A stretch of DNA of 64,000 bases from NCBI RefSeq assembly GCF_006345805.1, contig NC_042997.1, forward strand, positions 21,948,001 through 22,012,000. The letters are read 5' to 3'. This document shows positions 39,960 through 54,266 of the stretch, piece by piece. The notes below the pieces were generated by a model that was not told the DNA's origin, made no database searches, and saw only the letters and a list, made by a program, of their open reading frames with translations. Both the position numbers and the translations under genes were made by a program. This DNA is from Octopus sinensis. Taxonomy: Eukaryota. How positions within the stretch are numbered: the first letter of the stretch is position 1; every line of letters begins with the position of its first letter.

Positions 39960-41250
39960 AACTTACGTTTTACAATTAGTTCTGAATTTCAAATTTCGTC
40001 CCATTTTTTCTTTTTAGTTTAGTCTCTTTTATATTAAAAAAAAAACTTATACAACTTACGATTTCTCCATCAGATTTTTTTCTGTTGACAATATCTTCCT
40101 TTATCCCTCTGGTCAATTCCTTTCTACGCGTATCCATTATCAAAAAGGTATCTTCACTGGGTGGGGACTGGGCGGTTTGTGGCTTCTGTATGCACGTTTG
40201 TATAACTGTCAGTTTAGCATTGGGGTCGATGCCTGGAGAGGTAGGATGGAGAATGGTGTTTGCAGGGATAGGGAGGGGAAAGGAGGTACTAGATCGAGGT
40301 GGGTTGGGATTGGAGTGGGGTTCACCGTCGCTCTTATTTGTCTTTCTTCTTTTGTTCCTCCTCTTCCTTGCTATCACTGTCCATTTCTTTTCCTTTCCAA
40401 CCTACCTACAAGGCTCCTCGTAACATTCTGTTAACCGTTTTGCTGCCATGACGTGTGGTTTCACGTTCTCCTTCGTTATAGTCTCCGTAACTTTTACAGG
40501 AGGTAGAGTGCAATCAGCCCTTATGTGGGCTTTCTGGCCTCCTGATCTCTACCACGATCCTCAATCTTCCGCCTACCAGAATGGCGTCAGCCATAATATC
40601 TAAATCCTCTGGAGCAGCCTGAACAATCACCTCGAGCCCCTGCCCCGGCCAGCTCCGCGCTGGTATCCTTGTTTCTTGGAGGATTGAAATTTTCTTCTCC
40701 ACGCCAAGAGCCATTGCAGCCACCAACCAGGCCACACTTACCTCCGGTGGGACCTCCTCCACTCTTACCTTAGCTACACGCCTTCCAAGGTTAGTCGGCT
40801 TCAGCAGCACTTCCTGTGACCGAGTGCTGCTTAGCCTTTTCCTCTGACTGAAATCTCACCTCGACCGACACAAACTTGTTGCCCATGGCCAAATATTTAA
40901 CCTCCAGCCTGATGGGCCCCAAGCATCTTTCAATCTGTTCTCTTATTGCAACATCGATCTTTTTATCCTTTAACACGTTTGATTTGTAAAATACGGTTTT
41001 TGCTTGTGCTTCTTTTAATATTTTGCTAGGAGGGGTCAGTTCCACAACATACCCCTCCTTTTGAATCATGTTTCTGTATTTTCCTATATCTTGCATTTCC
41101 GCCGTTATGTTTTCTTTCTAAGTCCCAGTTGCTGCCGCAAAACTTTTCGCTATGTTCACCTCTATCTCTCTTGCCATCTTCCCCTCCACTTTTCTAATGA
41201 TTCAACCATTTCGCTTTCTGACGTACTAACGTCTGAGAGACTTAGCTGTT
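39960..41250 (-). pseudogene. Tx1/L1-like LINE ORF1 (gag-like) remnant
   Basis: LGRRVAKVRVEEVPPEVSVAWLVAAMALG..SWPGQGLEVIVQAA, homologous to the ORF1 at 42873-43751. Partial knuckle QKAHIRADC and a Lys/Arg-rich tail. Confidence 0.65.
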
Positions 41251-41439
41251 CACATTCGAAGTCTATTCTTCCACAATAAGTGTCCCCCGATCAAAACAAG
41301 GGGGAAGAAAATAAAGGAGCGCTGCAAAGCAGTAAACAGAAATATATAAACAAACAAAAATAACGTTTAACAATACAACAAGCGCAGCTAATCTTAATAA
41401 TAGCAAACTCGAAAAAGTGAGGGAGACGAATGTCCAAAT

Positions 41440-43950
41440 TACGAATTTTATTATAGCCATGAAGGCTAAAATACAGAAAGGACGATACAAAATGAGAAGG
41501 GTCGGGGATCGAATGATAAAAACATTACAAAAGAGCTATTCAAAATTTACGAATTATATAAACGAATGAACGAACAACACAGAAAACAACACAATAGAGT
41601 GGGGGACGGGTTCGACCCCACCAGCCCCGATCCACCACTGAACCTTTAATTTCCTTTGTTTTACACTCATGCGGATTCATTCACTCTCAACATTCGCGTC
41701 ACTTCCTTCCCATATTTTGCCATATATAACAGACGACAAGCGTCTCCTCTCCAACCTTAGTTTCCTTTTAAGATGGAAAACAAACAGGTTGAGTAAACCA
41801 GGGTCGGATATGAAGGCACCCGTCACAACTCCCCTCATTCGCGTCTTCCAAACAACCTCTTTCGCCAACGCTACCACAGTGAGAAAGCACATTTTGCCTT
41901 CCTTATTCAAGCAGGACGGTGGAACAATCTTTATAATCGACTTGGAAGACAGCTGTATTCTTCCCAGACGTGACAACAGCCGTTCGACATAGACCCACAT
42001 TTCCGAAATTTTCGGACACTTCACAATAGCGTGCAGAACAGTTTCAATGCTGTGCTCACATTTTGGGCAAGTGGGCTGGCATGAATAGCCTAGCGAGTTT
42101 ATCTCGAACTAGTAAGGCTCCTCGGTAACCTTTGGAAGTTGTCCAAAAGCCCCGTCCCGAATATCCTTCGGAACACACTAGCATGCTGACATTCATCGAA
42201 TCCCAGGGTTTCCCCCAGATCATCGTCACACTTTGCCTCTACCAGCCCTCTATAGAATAACGAGGTGGAACCCTCACCACCGAAATTACCCGTCCGGCAG
42301 AGAAGTGCGAGTGCTGCCAACATTCGGCCAACGACGCACCCAACTTTGGTCTACGCTTAATCTACGGTTCCAATTCACTGAAACTAGTGAACCGAGGAAG
42401 GATCAGTTTGATGAACGGATATCCCACCTGTTCACCATACAGGTAGAGCCAGTGATGCCTCAACCTCAGCGCATGTCTGTGCATCATTAGCCACCTTTTA
42501 GCGGCTGTTGGCAACAGATAGAGCGCCTGACAAATGGACCCCTGCCCCTCCACAAAAAGCGAAAGAGCAATCGTTCCATCTTGCTTAGCCAAGACAGAAC
42601 GGACAGGTGGTAGATAATCACAGATGCAATAAACACATTTGCGACCTCCGCATCCCCACCACTTTCAGGGATAGCCACCACTCAGACCAAGTCTGAGTTA
42701 GGTTGGTTACCTTGCTTGCCACCTCGCTCCAATTCTTCTCTATCTGTAAGTCCGGACCTAACCAGATTCCTAGCAATTTAACGGGGCCCTCCGTCCAACG
42801 CCCGACGACGTTGTTAGGAAGTATCGACTTGCCTCTCCAGGTGCCGAGTTGCAAGCTGACTGACTTATCCGGTTAAATTTTGCTCCATTCCATTTCTGGT
42901 GTGTCCTCTGCTGTATCTTCCCTCCTGACTTCTACCTCTGGTGTCTCTGCTTCCACTTCTAATGTAGGAGCTGCCTCGGCTGTCGTTGAGGGTACAGTAT
43001 CTTTTCCAGGAGATGGGGGAGCTGAATCTTTCTCGGGGAGAGGCTTGCACCCTACTTTTATGTGGCCCTTTTGACCACATTTGCACCCTGTCTCCTCCTC
43101 CACCTGTATAGTCTCCACAATTTGCTCTAAGTCAACAGAGGCCGCTTGTATCAACATCTCTAGCCCTTGTCCAAGCCAGTTTTGCTGCTCTATTTTAGTT
43201 GACTGGGGATGGAAATTTCGTCCTCCAGGCCCATCACAAGTGCTGCCACCGACAAGGCAACGTCCACCTCTGGAGGGATTTTTCCTAACCTTATCCTGGA
43301 AATGCGTCTTCCAAGATAAGTGTGTAGGAGGACCACCTCTGCAAATATCAGGGAGGCCGTGGAATGTTGCCATATATCTTGCCTCGTGCCAAGTAGGCGA
43401 CATCTTGCCATACTGGCCTGAGGCATATCTCTACAACTTCTTTCGAAGCCATATCCAATTTCTTGCTCTTTATAATAAACGTTTTATATACTATAGTACA
43501 ATGGGACGCGTTTTGCGTCACTTTACTTGGAGTGGGTCACTTTCATCTCCTGCCCCCTCCCTTTGAATCAGTCCTTTATATTTGATTAGTTCTTTTGGGG
43601 CAATATTCAGTTCTTTTCTGTTCACTACTGCTGCAAAATTTGTCACTTTGTTATTTCTTGATTCGACTTCTGGTTCCTTCAGCATTTCTTCTTCGGTAGG
43701 CATGTTCAAAATTGGTTCAGTAGTAGTCGCCTCGCCAGAGGAACTACTCATTTTTCAAATAATAATTTTGGGTGTAAACACCCAAGAGAAACAATGATTA
43801 TTTCCCCTTCACACAAGGGAGAAAAAGTTCAAAATCCTGCCAAACGCAGTAAAGCAAGGTGCTTTTTTTTTTTAAAAAAAACCGCTCAACAAATGGAACA
43901 GCAAATTCAACAATTAAATTAACAATAACCAACAACTTACAATACAGTAC
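41440..43950 (-). pseudogene. Internally deleted Tx1/L1-like LINE (ORF1 joined to the RT C-terminus)
   Basis: ORF1 carries a CX2CX4HX4C knuckle (CKCGQKGHIKVGC). Near 42890 it jumps to RT-thumb sequence (KSVSLQLGTWRGK..WTEGPVKLLGIW..QIEKNWSEV), followed by the C-terminal Cys-rich region (CPKCEHSIETVLHAIVKC..LAKEVVWKTR) and a 3' UTR with AATAAA near 41445. Confidence 0.8.
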
Positions 43951-46665
43951 GTCAAACTCAGCGACCAAATTACCAATTCCAGGAACGCGGTTCAAGTTGA
44001 TTTTTATGCCTATAACCTCCACGCGATACACGTCTATGTTGGTTTTCATGATAATTGTTTGCGACTGCCGCCCACGACATTCGGCGCAGCTGCGTTTTGG
44101 CGTCTTGTTTCAGGGAAACTCGAAAGGTTGCCTGCAATTAGGCTCTCAGCATGTCTTAGAATATTTACTTACATAAATAAATTTTCAGAATTTACCATGT
44201 AAAAATGACATTTGAAAGAATCACGTTTCTTTTGCGGTTCAGTGTATCTCCAAACATTTTTTTCAAAGAAAACCCCAAATGCGAAGCAAATGTTTCATCA
44301 GTTTTAGTTTCTTATACTAGCAAGCTAATTTGCATATTTTTAAATATTAGAGGAGTGTAATTTGCATGAAGTATTGTCTGATATAGATAAATGTATTGTT
44401 GTTTTTTGCTGTAGATTTTTTTAAACTAAACTGTAAGTTATAAAAAAAAATAATATAAGTCGCGGCACAGAACCAAAACGTCAGCTCACAGCACTATTTC
44501 TCCGGGAATTCTCTAAAATGATGAAATATAGCGTAAAAGTTCAAACCCTCGACTTATATTATTTCATACAATTTGCATTGTTTTGACTCTGAAAAAGAAT
44601 TATAAAAACATTTATTTTTAAATCTCAAATAAGATGAAGCAGTAAATATGCTTACAGTAGTTAGGGAATTGTGTAACGAAAGGAGCATCAAAATCTTTCT
44701 AAAGTACAAAGAAAACGATGTAATTCTTCAGTAAACATTCATTCAGAAAGCTAAGTTGTTTGTTAACATGCAGAATAAGAATACTCAGACCTTATATAGT
44801 CTATGTTCAATGTAGCTAAACTCACTCTTCCCCTTCCCGCCTTTTCTCTCCGCTTCATGTTATATTAAATGGGCATACATGGTACGAACGATTCCAACCA
44901 GATAAATTTTCGGTAACTTGAAATACACACTGGGACCACATTTTTACTGAAAACCAAAGGAAAGAATGGTTGTTGAAAGTGGTTATGAGAATAGTTTGTT
45001 TGATTTGGAAGAGAGCTAAGATTGTATGTTTTAGCTATTCGCTAGGAGGTTAAAAGTATTCTATTATTATCGTGAAGTCTGCAGTCTTTTTATCCAAAAG
45101 CAATCTTTCTCAGCTTACTGCTTGCAAACAAAAGCAAACAATAAACCTGCAATAATCCACGCACTGACTGTTGAGGTTATAATTATATAAATAGATATGT
45201 AAGCACTCACAAGACCTAGTGCTACATTATTTATCTCTCTATTGAATATCCAGAAATGTTTCTTTCGGCGAAGAGAAAATATTGGATCAAAATTCGTTCA
45301 TGATACCACCCACATTGCTGCTTCTAGTTTTCATGTGCAACCTACATGCTATACCTTGTTTGCAGTGTATACGGGGAATACAAACTGGGAGGAGATGTGT
45401 ATCAAATATCAAAGCAAATTTTAAATATAGTTTTCGACATCCCATTTTCTCTAAATTAAAGGATTCTGTGACCAAATGACTATAAAACGCTTTGTACATG
45501 ACTGTTGATTGTTGGTAAAGTGTCTGGCAGCCATATTATTTCAAACATTGCAACTAAAAATAATATATTACATCAACAATTAACTCCGTCTAAAATATGT
45601 AAGGATGAATTTAAGATCTAAGGAATGAAGTAAATATATAATTTTACTTAATTTTGGAATGGAGTAAGTTAGGTTATAATTATTTGAAAAGGAAAAGCAA
45701 ATAGTGAATAACACAAGAATTCTCTATTCAGATACCATATTCTTCAAATCAGTCAGCATATGCGATGAGGGAAATGAATTTAGAATTTAAAAATTCTAGC
45801 AACGTAAAGTCAAACGAAGAATTATTTCGTTTTCTCCTTTATTAACTGTATATCACCCACCCCCACGTACTCAGCTATACTTTGATAATCTATCTAATTT
45901 TCTAAACAGTATATATATATATATATATTGTTGTAAAACTGGCATACCAAATAATAATGATTTTGCAAATCTCAACTTTCTCAGAAGGTTATTCTATAAA
46001 ATGTCTTTGATTAATCCAAGCGTCTCATATGGAGTCATTTTCAAGTGACCACTGGCATAGTATTATAATGAAAGTTTTTATAAATATTATCTTGCTGAAC
46101 TTGCAATACATAAATGTCATAAGAAGCAGGAACTACACCAATTTTTCAATGTATCACTAAATACAAGGCGCCGGCTACCAGGAAAATATTCCATAAATTG
46201 ATTTCTGACAAGTATTTCCAATGTTTGATATTGATGTGAATAATTCTTCTTTCTTCACCCAAAACGCTAAAGTCAAGTAAGCAGCAAATGTAAGTCTCCC
46301 ACAAACAGTCAGAACAACTTGGGCAAATTGAAGACATTTGGATATCAAACACTTTTTAAACGCCCAAATGCATTTATGGATTTTCGTACGGATGTGTTTA
46401 TGCGGGTTTGTGTAGGGGTGTGTGTGTGCGTGCGTGTGTATGTGTGTGTGTGTGAGTGAGTGTGTACATCTGTTTATGTGTGTGTGTGAGTGGACGTGTG
46501 TGTGTTTGTGTGTGTGTGTGTGCGTGTGTGTGTGTGTGGACCACTGTTTGTTTGCATGTTTATTCGTAAAGGATTCCAATAAAAAAATTATTGTTTGCTA
46601 AATGCATACTTTGTGGTAAGTATCAAGATAAATTTCATTATGGCATGCGCTTCTACATACTTTTT

Positions 46666-46706
<41 letters not shown>

Positions 46707-46919
46707 GAATGAACGTCATGCAAAGATGACTGAAAGAAATGAAAGGTTGTTTAGAATATTTCTATATTTCTCAACAAGGCAACAGTTCAATGGATAAAAG
46801 CATTAAGAATACACACTTTTCATTCTTACAGTGTCTCACTTTCTACACATACTACAGTGCAATATCAGGATTTTTAAACGATTTTTAATTAATTGTAGTT
46901 TACTCTTTTATTCTCTTCT

Positions 46920-47320
46920 AAACATAGAGGGGACAAACAAGGACTGACAAACGGATTAACTCGATTACATCGACCCCAGTGCGTAACTGGTACTTAATTT
47001 ATCGACCCCGAAAAGGATGAAAGGCAAAGTCGACCTCGGCGGAATTCGAACTCAGAACGTAGCGGCAGACGAAATACCTATTTCTATACTACCCACAAAG
47101 GGCTAAATACAGAGAGGACAAACAAGAACAGACAAACGGATTAAGTCGATTATATCGACCCCTGTGCGTAATTGGTACTTATTTAATCGACCCCAAAAGG
47201 ATGAAAGGCAAAGTCGACCTCGGCGGAATTTGAACTCAGAACGTAGCGGCAGACGAAATACCGCTAAGCATTGTCACCCGGCGTGCTAACGTTTCTGCCA
47301 GCTCGCCGCCTTTTATTCTT
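46920..47320 (-). mobile_element. SINE family A, dimeric young copy with TSD
   Basis: Internal duplication; TSD ttttattctcttct at 46906 and 47321. Confidence 0.9.
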
Positions 47321-47798
47321 TTTTATTCTCTTCTGTCACTGCACAGCGATCATGCTGGAGCACTCCCTTCGCGGTTTTAGCCACTCACATCAGCCTCAAT
47401 TCTTTTATCTTGCAGCTACATATTTCAGCGATCTATAAGTGTAATTCGGAGTTCGATATTAAGGAACACACGAAAGCGGCATACCGGTTTACATTAGTAA
47501 ACATAGACACCCATTCACGCGCACAAACACACACACACACACACACATACACGCACGCACGCGCGCGCACACACTCACAAATACGCACACAAGCACTTTG
47601 TTGCGAAGCAAACTCCTTAATCATACAGCTACATTGTGTTTTATAACTATGGCTGACACTGGGAATCGTGGCTGATTTGATATTATGTATGATGCTTTAG
47701 CTAATTGTTGTATATGCTTATTTACTAGTGTGAAGACATAGATACCCTCTTACCCCGCTCCTCCTTCATCCAGTGGAGCCTCTACGGTATAACAGTTA

Positions 47799-48031
47799 AA
47801 GGCGGCGAGCTGGCAGAAACGTTAGCAGGCCAGGCGAAATGTGTAGCCGTATTTCGTCTGCCGTTACGTTCTGAGTTCAAATTCCGCCAAGGTCGACTTT
47901 GCCTTTCATCCTTTCGGGGTCGATTAAATAAGTACCAGTTACGCACTGGGGTCGATATAATCGACTTGATCCGTTTGTCTGTCCTTGTTTGTCCTCTCTG
48001 TGTTTAGCCCCTTGTGGGTAGTATAGAAATA
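47799..48031 (+). mobile_element. SINE family A, monomeric young copy with TSD
   Basis: TSD ggtataacagtta at 47786 and 48032. Confidence 0.9.
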
Positions 48032-49769
48032 GGTATAACAGTTAGAGTAGGGACAGGGGCCAACGAGACTGTACCAGCAATTGGGTAATATTCATTTCAG
48101 GAGGATAGATTGGAGCAACCTGAAATAAAGTGCTTTGCTCGAGGGTATATACCGCTCGATCCAGGAATCAAACTAGCACTTTAACCACTAGACCACGCCC
48201 CAACACATTTCATTTTAAATTCTAAGGGATAATTTATTCATTCACATGTTGCATCGTAGCTTTTATACTTCTTTAAAAAATGCTTTAATACTACTACTAT
48301 TTTTCTGTTTCCTTCTTAGTCCATGGAAGTTGTACTGGTTAATCTATTAAACGATTCTGATAAAGTTTGTGTTGCTTACACTTTTCTGTATTTTTGGTGT
48401 TATCTTTTTTTGTTTTTTTTTTGTTTGTTTTTTTTGCTGGTTTTTTTTCAAAGTTTTATAGCATTGTTACTTGAGACAGCTCTGATATGTATTGATTTTA
48501 ATATCCATTCGAATAAAACCTATAAATGTTTAAATAAGTAGTTTCATGTTCTTCTACACGAATTCGGAAGTAATTCTGCACACATTCTAGATTGCTCAAC
48601 AAATACTGGTTATAATACTATTATTGACTTTGTTCTGTAGTGAATTCCTTTTTAAAATGATTCCTGGTATGTACGTCCACCGATTCTTTCGAAATCAAAT
48701 ACCTAAATTATCCAGTCTTTGTTCTTGATTATAAATCAGAAATGTAAACGCTGGCAATGCAGAGTTTATCCTGACCTGCCAGAGTTCCTCTTCTTAAGAA
48801 CTGCTATACCAGCAATTTCAGAAAATTATCTATAGACTTCTGGTTCGAGAGCCCTTCAGACAAAAACCACTTTAAGTTGTTCTTTGTCTTTGGCCACAGT
48901 TTACCCCAGTGAATTATCGCTCACTCGCTCCATTAACCCTTTCATCTTTGACAGTATAACCCGACTAACAAAGGAGTTAGAGTATACGAAAGCATTTTTA
49001 TAAGGAAAAACCAACTACATCTTTTCACTGTATAGAAATATTTGTAGATGCTGCAATCACCAGGCATGTCTAACATCATGAACCACTGCATCATACCAAC
49101 GACGCCTACAAAGAGTATTCAGGGCAGATAGACTGCATGACAAGTGGGGTACGTTTTTTTCACAAGAGGCAAATAAAATGATGCTACGATATGATCAATA
49201 TGGTGTGTATAACTGATTTTGCTCTGAATATCTTCGGAGCGACGACAGGTAGAACTGAGGAAGTAGCTGCAACAACAGAAGTAAAAACAATAGTAGCAGC
49301 AGCAACAATAGTCTACTCCTTGACATTTGCACTTCAGAGACCTGTGACTGTTGATATCTCTGCTTCTCTCTACCGCTCTTCAATTTTCTTTTTATTTTTC
49401 CTTTTTCTCCGCTGGACAGAATGTACTCAAACGACTTCTACAACTACATACTTAACAATTAAAATGTCTTCCCTCCACTGCGACTGATCCCCTTCCTGCT
49501 TGCTCGCACAAGAGAATATAGCATCGTCATCAGAAATCATTATATTTGAAGATCCACGCAGGTCTCCATTTGACATGCTAAGGTTCACTACTTCGCTCAC
49601 CAACTGTGCGCACTATGTTACAGAGGTGATAACCAGCCAAAGATTCACATCAGCATAAATATCTCTTGTTACATCACTCGCATTTCAATTTCTCATAAAG
49701 TACGAGAGCAGCAAGTAGATAATACATGTATCACACGAGCCCTACATGCCTTTTACGATTTGATCCCAT

Positions 49770-50015
49770 CTGACTCTCATCTATTCTCTAAGTGAAAACA
49801 ACGCTTAACTGGGAACCATTATGGCAGTAATGATGACGTCATATCTGCTGTTGATATTTCTTTTGACTAACAGGGTGAAAGCTTTTTCACCAATGGGATC
49901 CAAGCAGTGTAAGATCGAAGAAGTGTGAGTCCCGCAAGAAGGACTATGTTGAAAAGTGAACCACATGTGCTCACATTCCATGAGTGTATTTTGGTGAGCC
50001 TATGATCTTTTCGTC
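49770..50015 (+). mobile_element. 3' fragment of the mariner family seen at 4291-5665
   Basis: Shares aatgatgacgtcatat.tgctg.tgat, ggactatgttgaa and the terminal ggtgagcctatga with 5500-5665. Confidence 0.7.
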
Positions 50016-50896
50016 CGCTCTTCATAGCTCAACTTTAGACATGTTTTTCCATGCTCTGGCTCGGTCGACAGTGTACTCATGCTATTGTTCATCAACCAAG
50101 GCTATCTTAAATTCTATTTGGAGGGTGTATGAAGAAGCTCTCAATTTGTGTACAAAAAAAAAGACGTCCATTTTCTTCCTTTTCTTTCAAGAACACAGTA
50201 CTCCAACAGAGAAGTACTCTCTCTCTCTCTCTCCCTCCCCCTCTTTCTCTTCCTTTTCGGTGATTGGCTTGTATTCAGTACCTCTCTGTGACCTGCAACG
50301 TTGACAAAAGACGAGTTCTAAGTTGTTATTATTGGTGTTTTTGGTGATGTTACTGTTGGTGGTGGGCTGTCGTTACTGCCCTTATTGTTTTTATCGCTCA
50401 AATGAACACTGCCCTCTCATCCGTTGACTAGTATATTTAGATTGACACATTCACTGTAGACTAATAGAAATGTTTCTATCTGTGCGTGTGATATGCGTGA
50501 CAAAAATCTGTTCTATACACTTGATTTGTGGTATGTTATCAACGGGTGCATATCTATTTATATATAGTTATGTGAATGTATGCATGTTAGTGTGTGTATT
50601 TTCTGAAAAAAAAAAATGCCTAATAATAGCGCAGTCATTTAAACATGTTCATAAGATATAAACTGCAAATAAAAAATATTCGAATACAGTAGATTCTCGC
50701 ACAAGCAATATGGAGAGTTTTAATACGCCGATCAACTAAGGTGATCTAAAAAATTAGCAAACAAAACTATCTCGAGTGTGATATAGCATTTGAACAGTGG
50801 AGATGAGAAAAAATCTGCTCTTTAAAGTCAAGTGGTAAAAGCGACAAACATGTTCTGGTCGTATTGGATTTCCAAGACTATGAGTAAGCAATTTAT

Positions 50897-50977
<81 letters not shown>

Positions 50978-51523
50978 CATACATACATACACTAAAGTTA
51001 TGGCCGGTCATAAAGTGACCATCTGTTTGGTACCTATAAACGCTTAGCAGCACATGTGCTATGCGCTTTATAGGTGCGAAACCAAAAGTTAGTCTATGAC
51101 TATATACATACATACAGACACATACATGCATACGTATATATATATGCGTGCGCATGTGTGGTGGGAAAGAAAGAGCGAGAGAGAAATAAAGGGGATTTTT
51201 AGTTTAGTAACTGTTATTACGAATGTCAACAATATGGCTTAGAGAAAATACTTCAGATGAATGTTTTGCCACTCTAAATACCTCATTGTCACTCATGTGT
51301 AATAGAATTCCCTCTAAGAATCTAGTAGACAAATGAGCGGAGTACGCTTCGCTGAAGAGGTTTAATGAAACCTAAATCTGTCTGTGGGTTCACTAAAAAA
51401 CAAGATCTTCTCTAATCTGCCTTGTTTTCATGCTGTTCAATGTCCAACAACTGATCTTCCTTTGCTTACATTATTATTTTTTTTTTCAGATTTTAAATCC
51501 ACCTGAAGAATTTTTTGATAGAA

Positions 51524-51693
51524 GGCGCAGGAGTGGGTGTGTGGTAAGTAGCTTGCTTACCAACCACATGGTTCTGGGTTCAGTCCCACTGCGTGGCACC
51601 TTGCACAAGTGTCTTCTACTATAGCCTCGGCCGACCAAAGCCTTGTGTGTGGATTTGGTAGACGGAAACTGAAAGAAGCCTGTCGTATATATG

Positions 51694-51744
<51 letters not shown>

Positions 51745-51944
51745 TTGTCCCCCCAACATCGCTTGACAACCAATGCTGGTATGTTTACGTCCTCGTAACT
51801 TAGCGGTTCGGCAAAAGAGACCGATAGAATAAGTACTAGGCTTACAAAGAATAAGTCCTGGGGGTCGATTTCCTCGACTAAAGGCGGTGCTCCAGCATGG
51901 CCGCAGTGAAATGACTGAAACACGTGAAAGAGTAAGAGAGTAAA
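51524..51944 (+). mobile_element. SINE family C, full-length copy
   Basis: Head ggcgcaggagtgggtgtgtggtaagtagcttgcttaccaaccacatggttctgggttcagtccc, CORE-like body, internal (TA)(TG) tract, tail aaagagtaagagagtaaa. Confidence 0.9.
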
Positions 51945-52714
51945 GGGTTGCTCAGTTAATCTCAGTTAACTGCGAAGTTTTTTTCAACTTATTATATTAC
52001 ATATACAAGACCTTACCCTATTTGTGTTTAGCATGTCGAACGCTCCCTTAGGTTATTTTACATCAACACTATTAAAAAAAAAATACTCGAAATCTGGCAT
52101 CATAATTACAACGTGTTGAAACCAAACGTCTGTATTAGTATAACGATGATAGATAAACCATTAAGTGTTAATATCTCGGGGAAAATATTACAAAACCTAG
52201 CAGTTACAGTCGTTCTAATGATATTTGATGCTTTACTGGAATTGATATTTACATACTAGCCATTCCAAAGAGCTGGCGTTATGTCTCTGTAATGATAATA
52301 ATGATAATAACAGATCAACATATGCTAATACTTCTCTACTTTACCAGATTCACTTCACCTGAATGCATTGATAAGTGTCATTAGTCAATAGCTGGAATCA
52401 TTAGTACAAGAAGGTATTTGTAGTTTGTGTAACACATTTTTTTTCTTTTTTCATGGAAAAGCATTCCAGTTTATGTCTCTTCTCTAATTGTCTTCAAAAT
52501 ATTCAATTGGACTCAGAGATTTCACGCGTGGAAGCAATTTCTTTGATTGAAGCCCGCATTCCATCATATTTGGTTTTAACAAATGGTCGTGTTATCTGTA
52601 CATACCAACATTTGCAGTAATATAATATTATAATAGAGCTTTAAATGTACAAGCAACTGAATGGAATCGCCCTATGTTTTCTCGCGAGAATATTTAAATT
52701 AGATCATCTCTTTC

Positions 52715-52843
52715 ATTTTTCTCTCTTCTCCTCCTCCTTCTCTTCCTCCACCTTCTTTTTCGTCTTCTTTTCTTCTTCTTCTTCTTCTTCTTCTTTCTTC
52801 TTCTTCTTCTTCTTCTTCTTCTTCTTCTTCTTCTTCTTCTTCT
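52715..52843. repeat. (CTT)n pyrimidine tract
   Basis: Direct reading. Confidence 0.95.
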
Positions 52844-53997
52844 CCATTTCCTCTGCCCTTTTCCATGCGAACTGACGTGCCACATGTAAATTATAGGATT
52901 TGTGTGATATTTTCCCGTTATTATGTCTTTCAAAACTAATATTACCCGTGCTCGCTAGCCCTAGCTATTATAAAATTAATGGATCGGTATGGCTGGAACA
53001 CCTTCGGTCAAAAATGTGGAAAATCAGGGCCCTCTTGAAACTAAGCAGCAATAGTAATTGCAAGTCTATGACAATTAATTCTTTGGATGCACTCCTACCC
53101 AAACTTCTGTGTTTTAAGTAAATTAGAAGAGCTTGTCCATATAATAATGGAGGAAGCTGCTTATAATTAGGCATGTTACAGTTACTAAAAGAAAGCAATT
53201 ATTAAAGGCCTGATCGTCTGGGAATTTTTTATAAATTCATGTTCCAAGAAATTTCCTGTAATTTCGATTTCTGAAGTTTATTGAATATTTGAACTGCAAG
53301 TTTTCACAAATTTAAATATTCGTCCCATTCACTGTGGAGTAGATTTTAATGTTTAATATTAATTCGTTGCAGGCGAAATTTTCCGTTTTCATTTGCAACA
53401 GTCTCTCACTCTGTCTTGCCTCTATTTTCATTAATTATAATTTAATATATATTCATTTTATTGCTTTCATTTCAAGTTTTAATTCGCTATTTGCAAAACC
53501 CACAGTATATTCTATATACGTAATGTAAAAACATTATTTATTGAATGAATGAATGAATGCTATTAGACAAAATAGCTCTATAAATTTGATACGAGGTACA
53601 ATTTTAAGAATAATATCAGTTTCTGAAGATTGTTAAATGAATGATTTTGATAAAATAATCTTTTTTTACTATACCGGTATATATATATATTTTAATTACT
53701 AAGTAATTTTGTTGATATGACTGCTTGGAAGTTATAAGCCTTGTAATAATAGTTATGTGATCGCTGCTATTTCTATCTGCTTCTTCAACTAATGTAGAAA
53801 CATTATGAAAGACAAAGGGGAAAATAACTATATTTGAGGCCCCATAAACCTTAAAATGTTGTTGGATCATAATAGAAATCAAATGATTTAATCACCTTGT
53901 GTTAAAAGCCGATAAGCAAATGGGATCCGCATTTTTCTCCAGATTATTGATAACTAACAATCAAAAGTACCAAGAGTGAGTGAAGCTAAATAAATCA

Positions 53998-54266
53998 TTT
54001 GGTTGATTGGTTGATTGGTTGGCTGGTGCTGGCTGGTTGGTTGGTTAGCCGGTTCGTTGCTCGGTTCCTTGTTTGGTTGGCTGGTTGTTTGGTCGATTGA
54101 CATTTTGGTTGGTTGGCTGGTTGTTTGGTTGGTTTGTCTGTTGGTTGGTTGGTTGGTTGGTTTGTCTGTTGGTTGGTTGGTTGGATGATTAGCTGCCTGG
54201 GTAGTTGGTCGGTTGTTCTGTTGGTTAGTTGGTTGGCTGGTTGGTTGGTCGGTCGGTTGGTTGGTT
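53998..54266. repeat. Degenerate (GGTT)n tetranucleotide array
   Basis: Direct reading. Confidence 0.9.

Larger units (their letters stand above)
38270..44244 (-). mobile_element. Tc1-like element whose TIRs enclose ~4.5 kb of nested insertions
   Basis: TIRs cactgaactgcaaaagaaaca (38270) and cgtttcttttgcggttcagtg (44224-44244) match 19/21, each flanked by TA. Confidence 0.75.
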
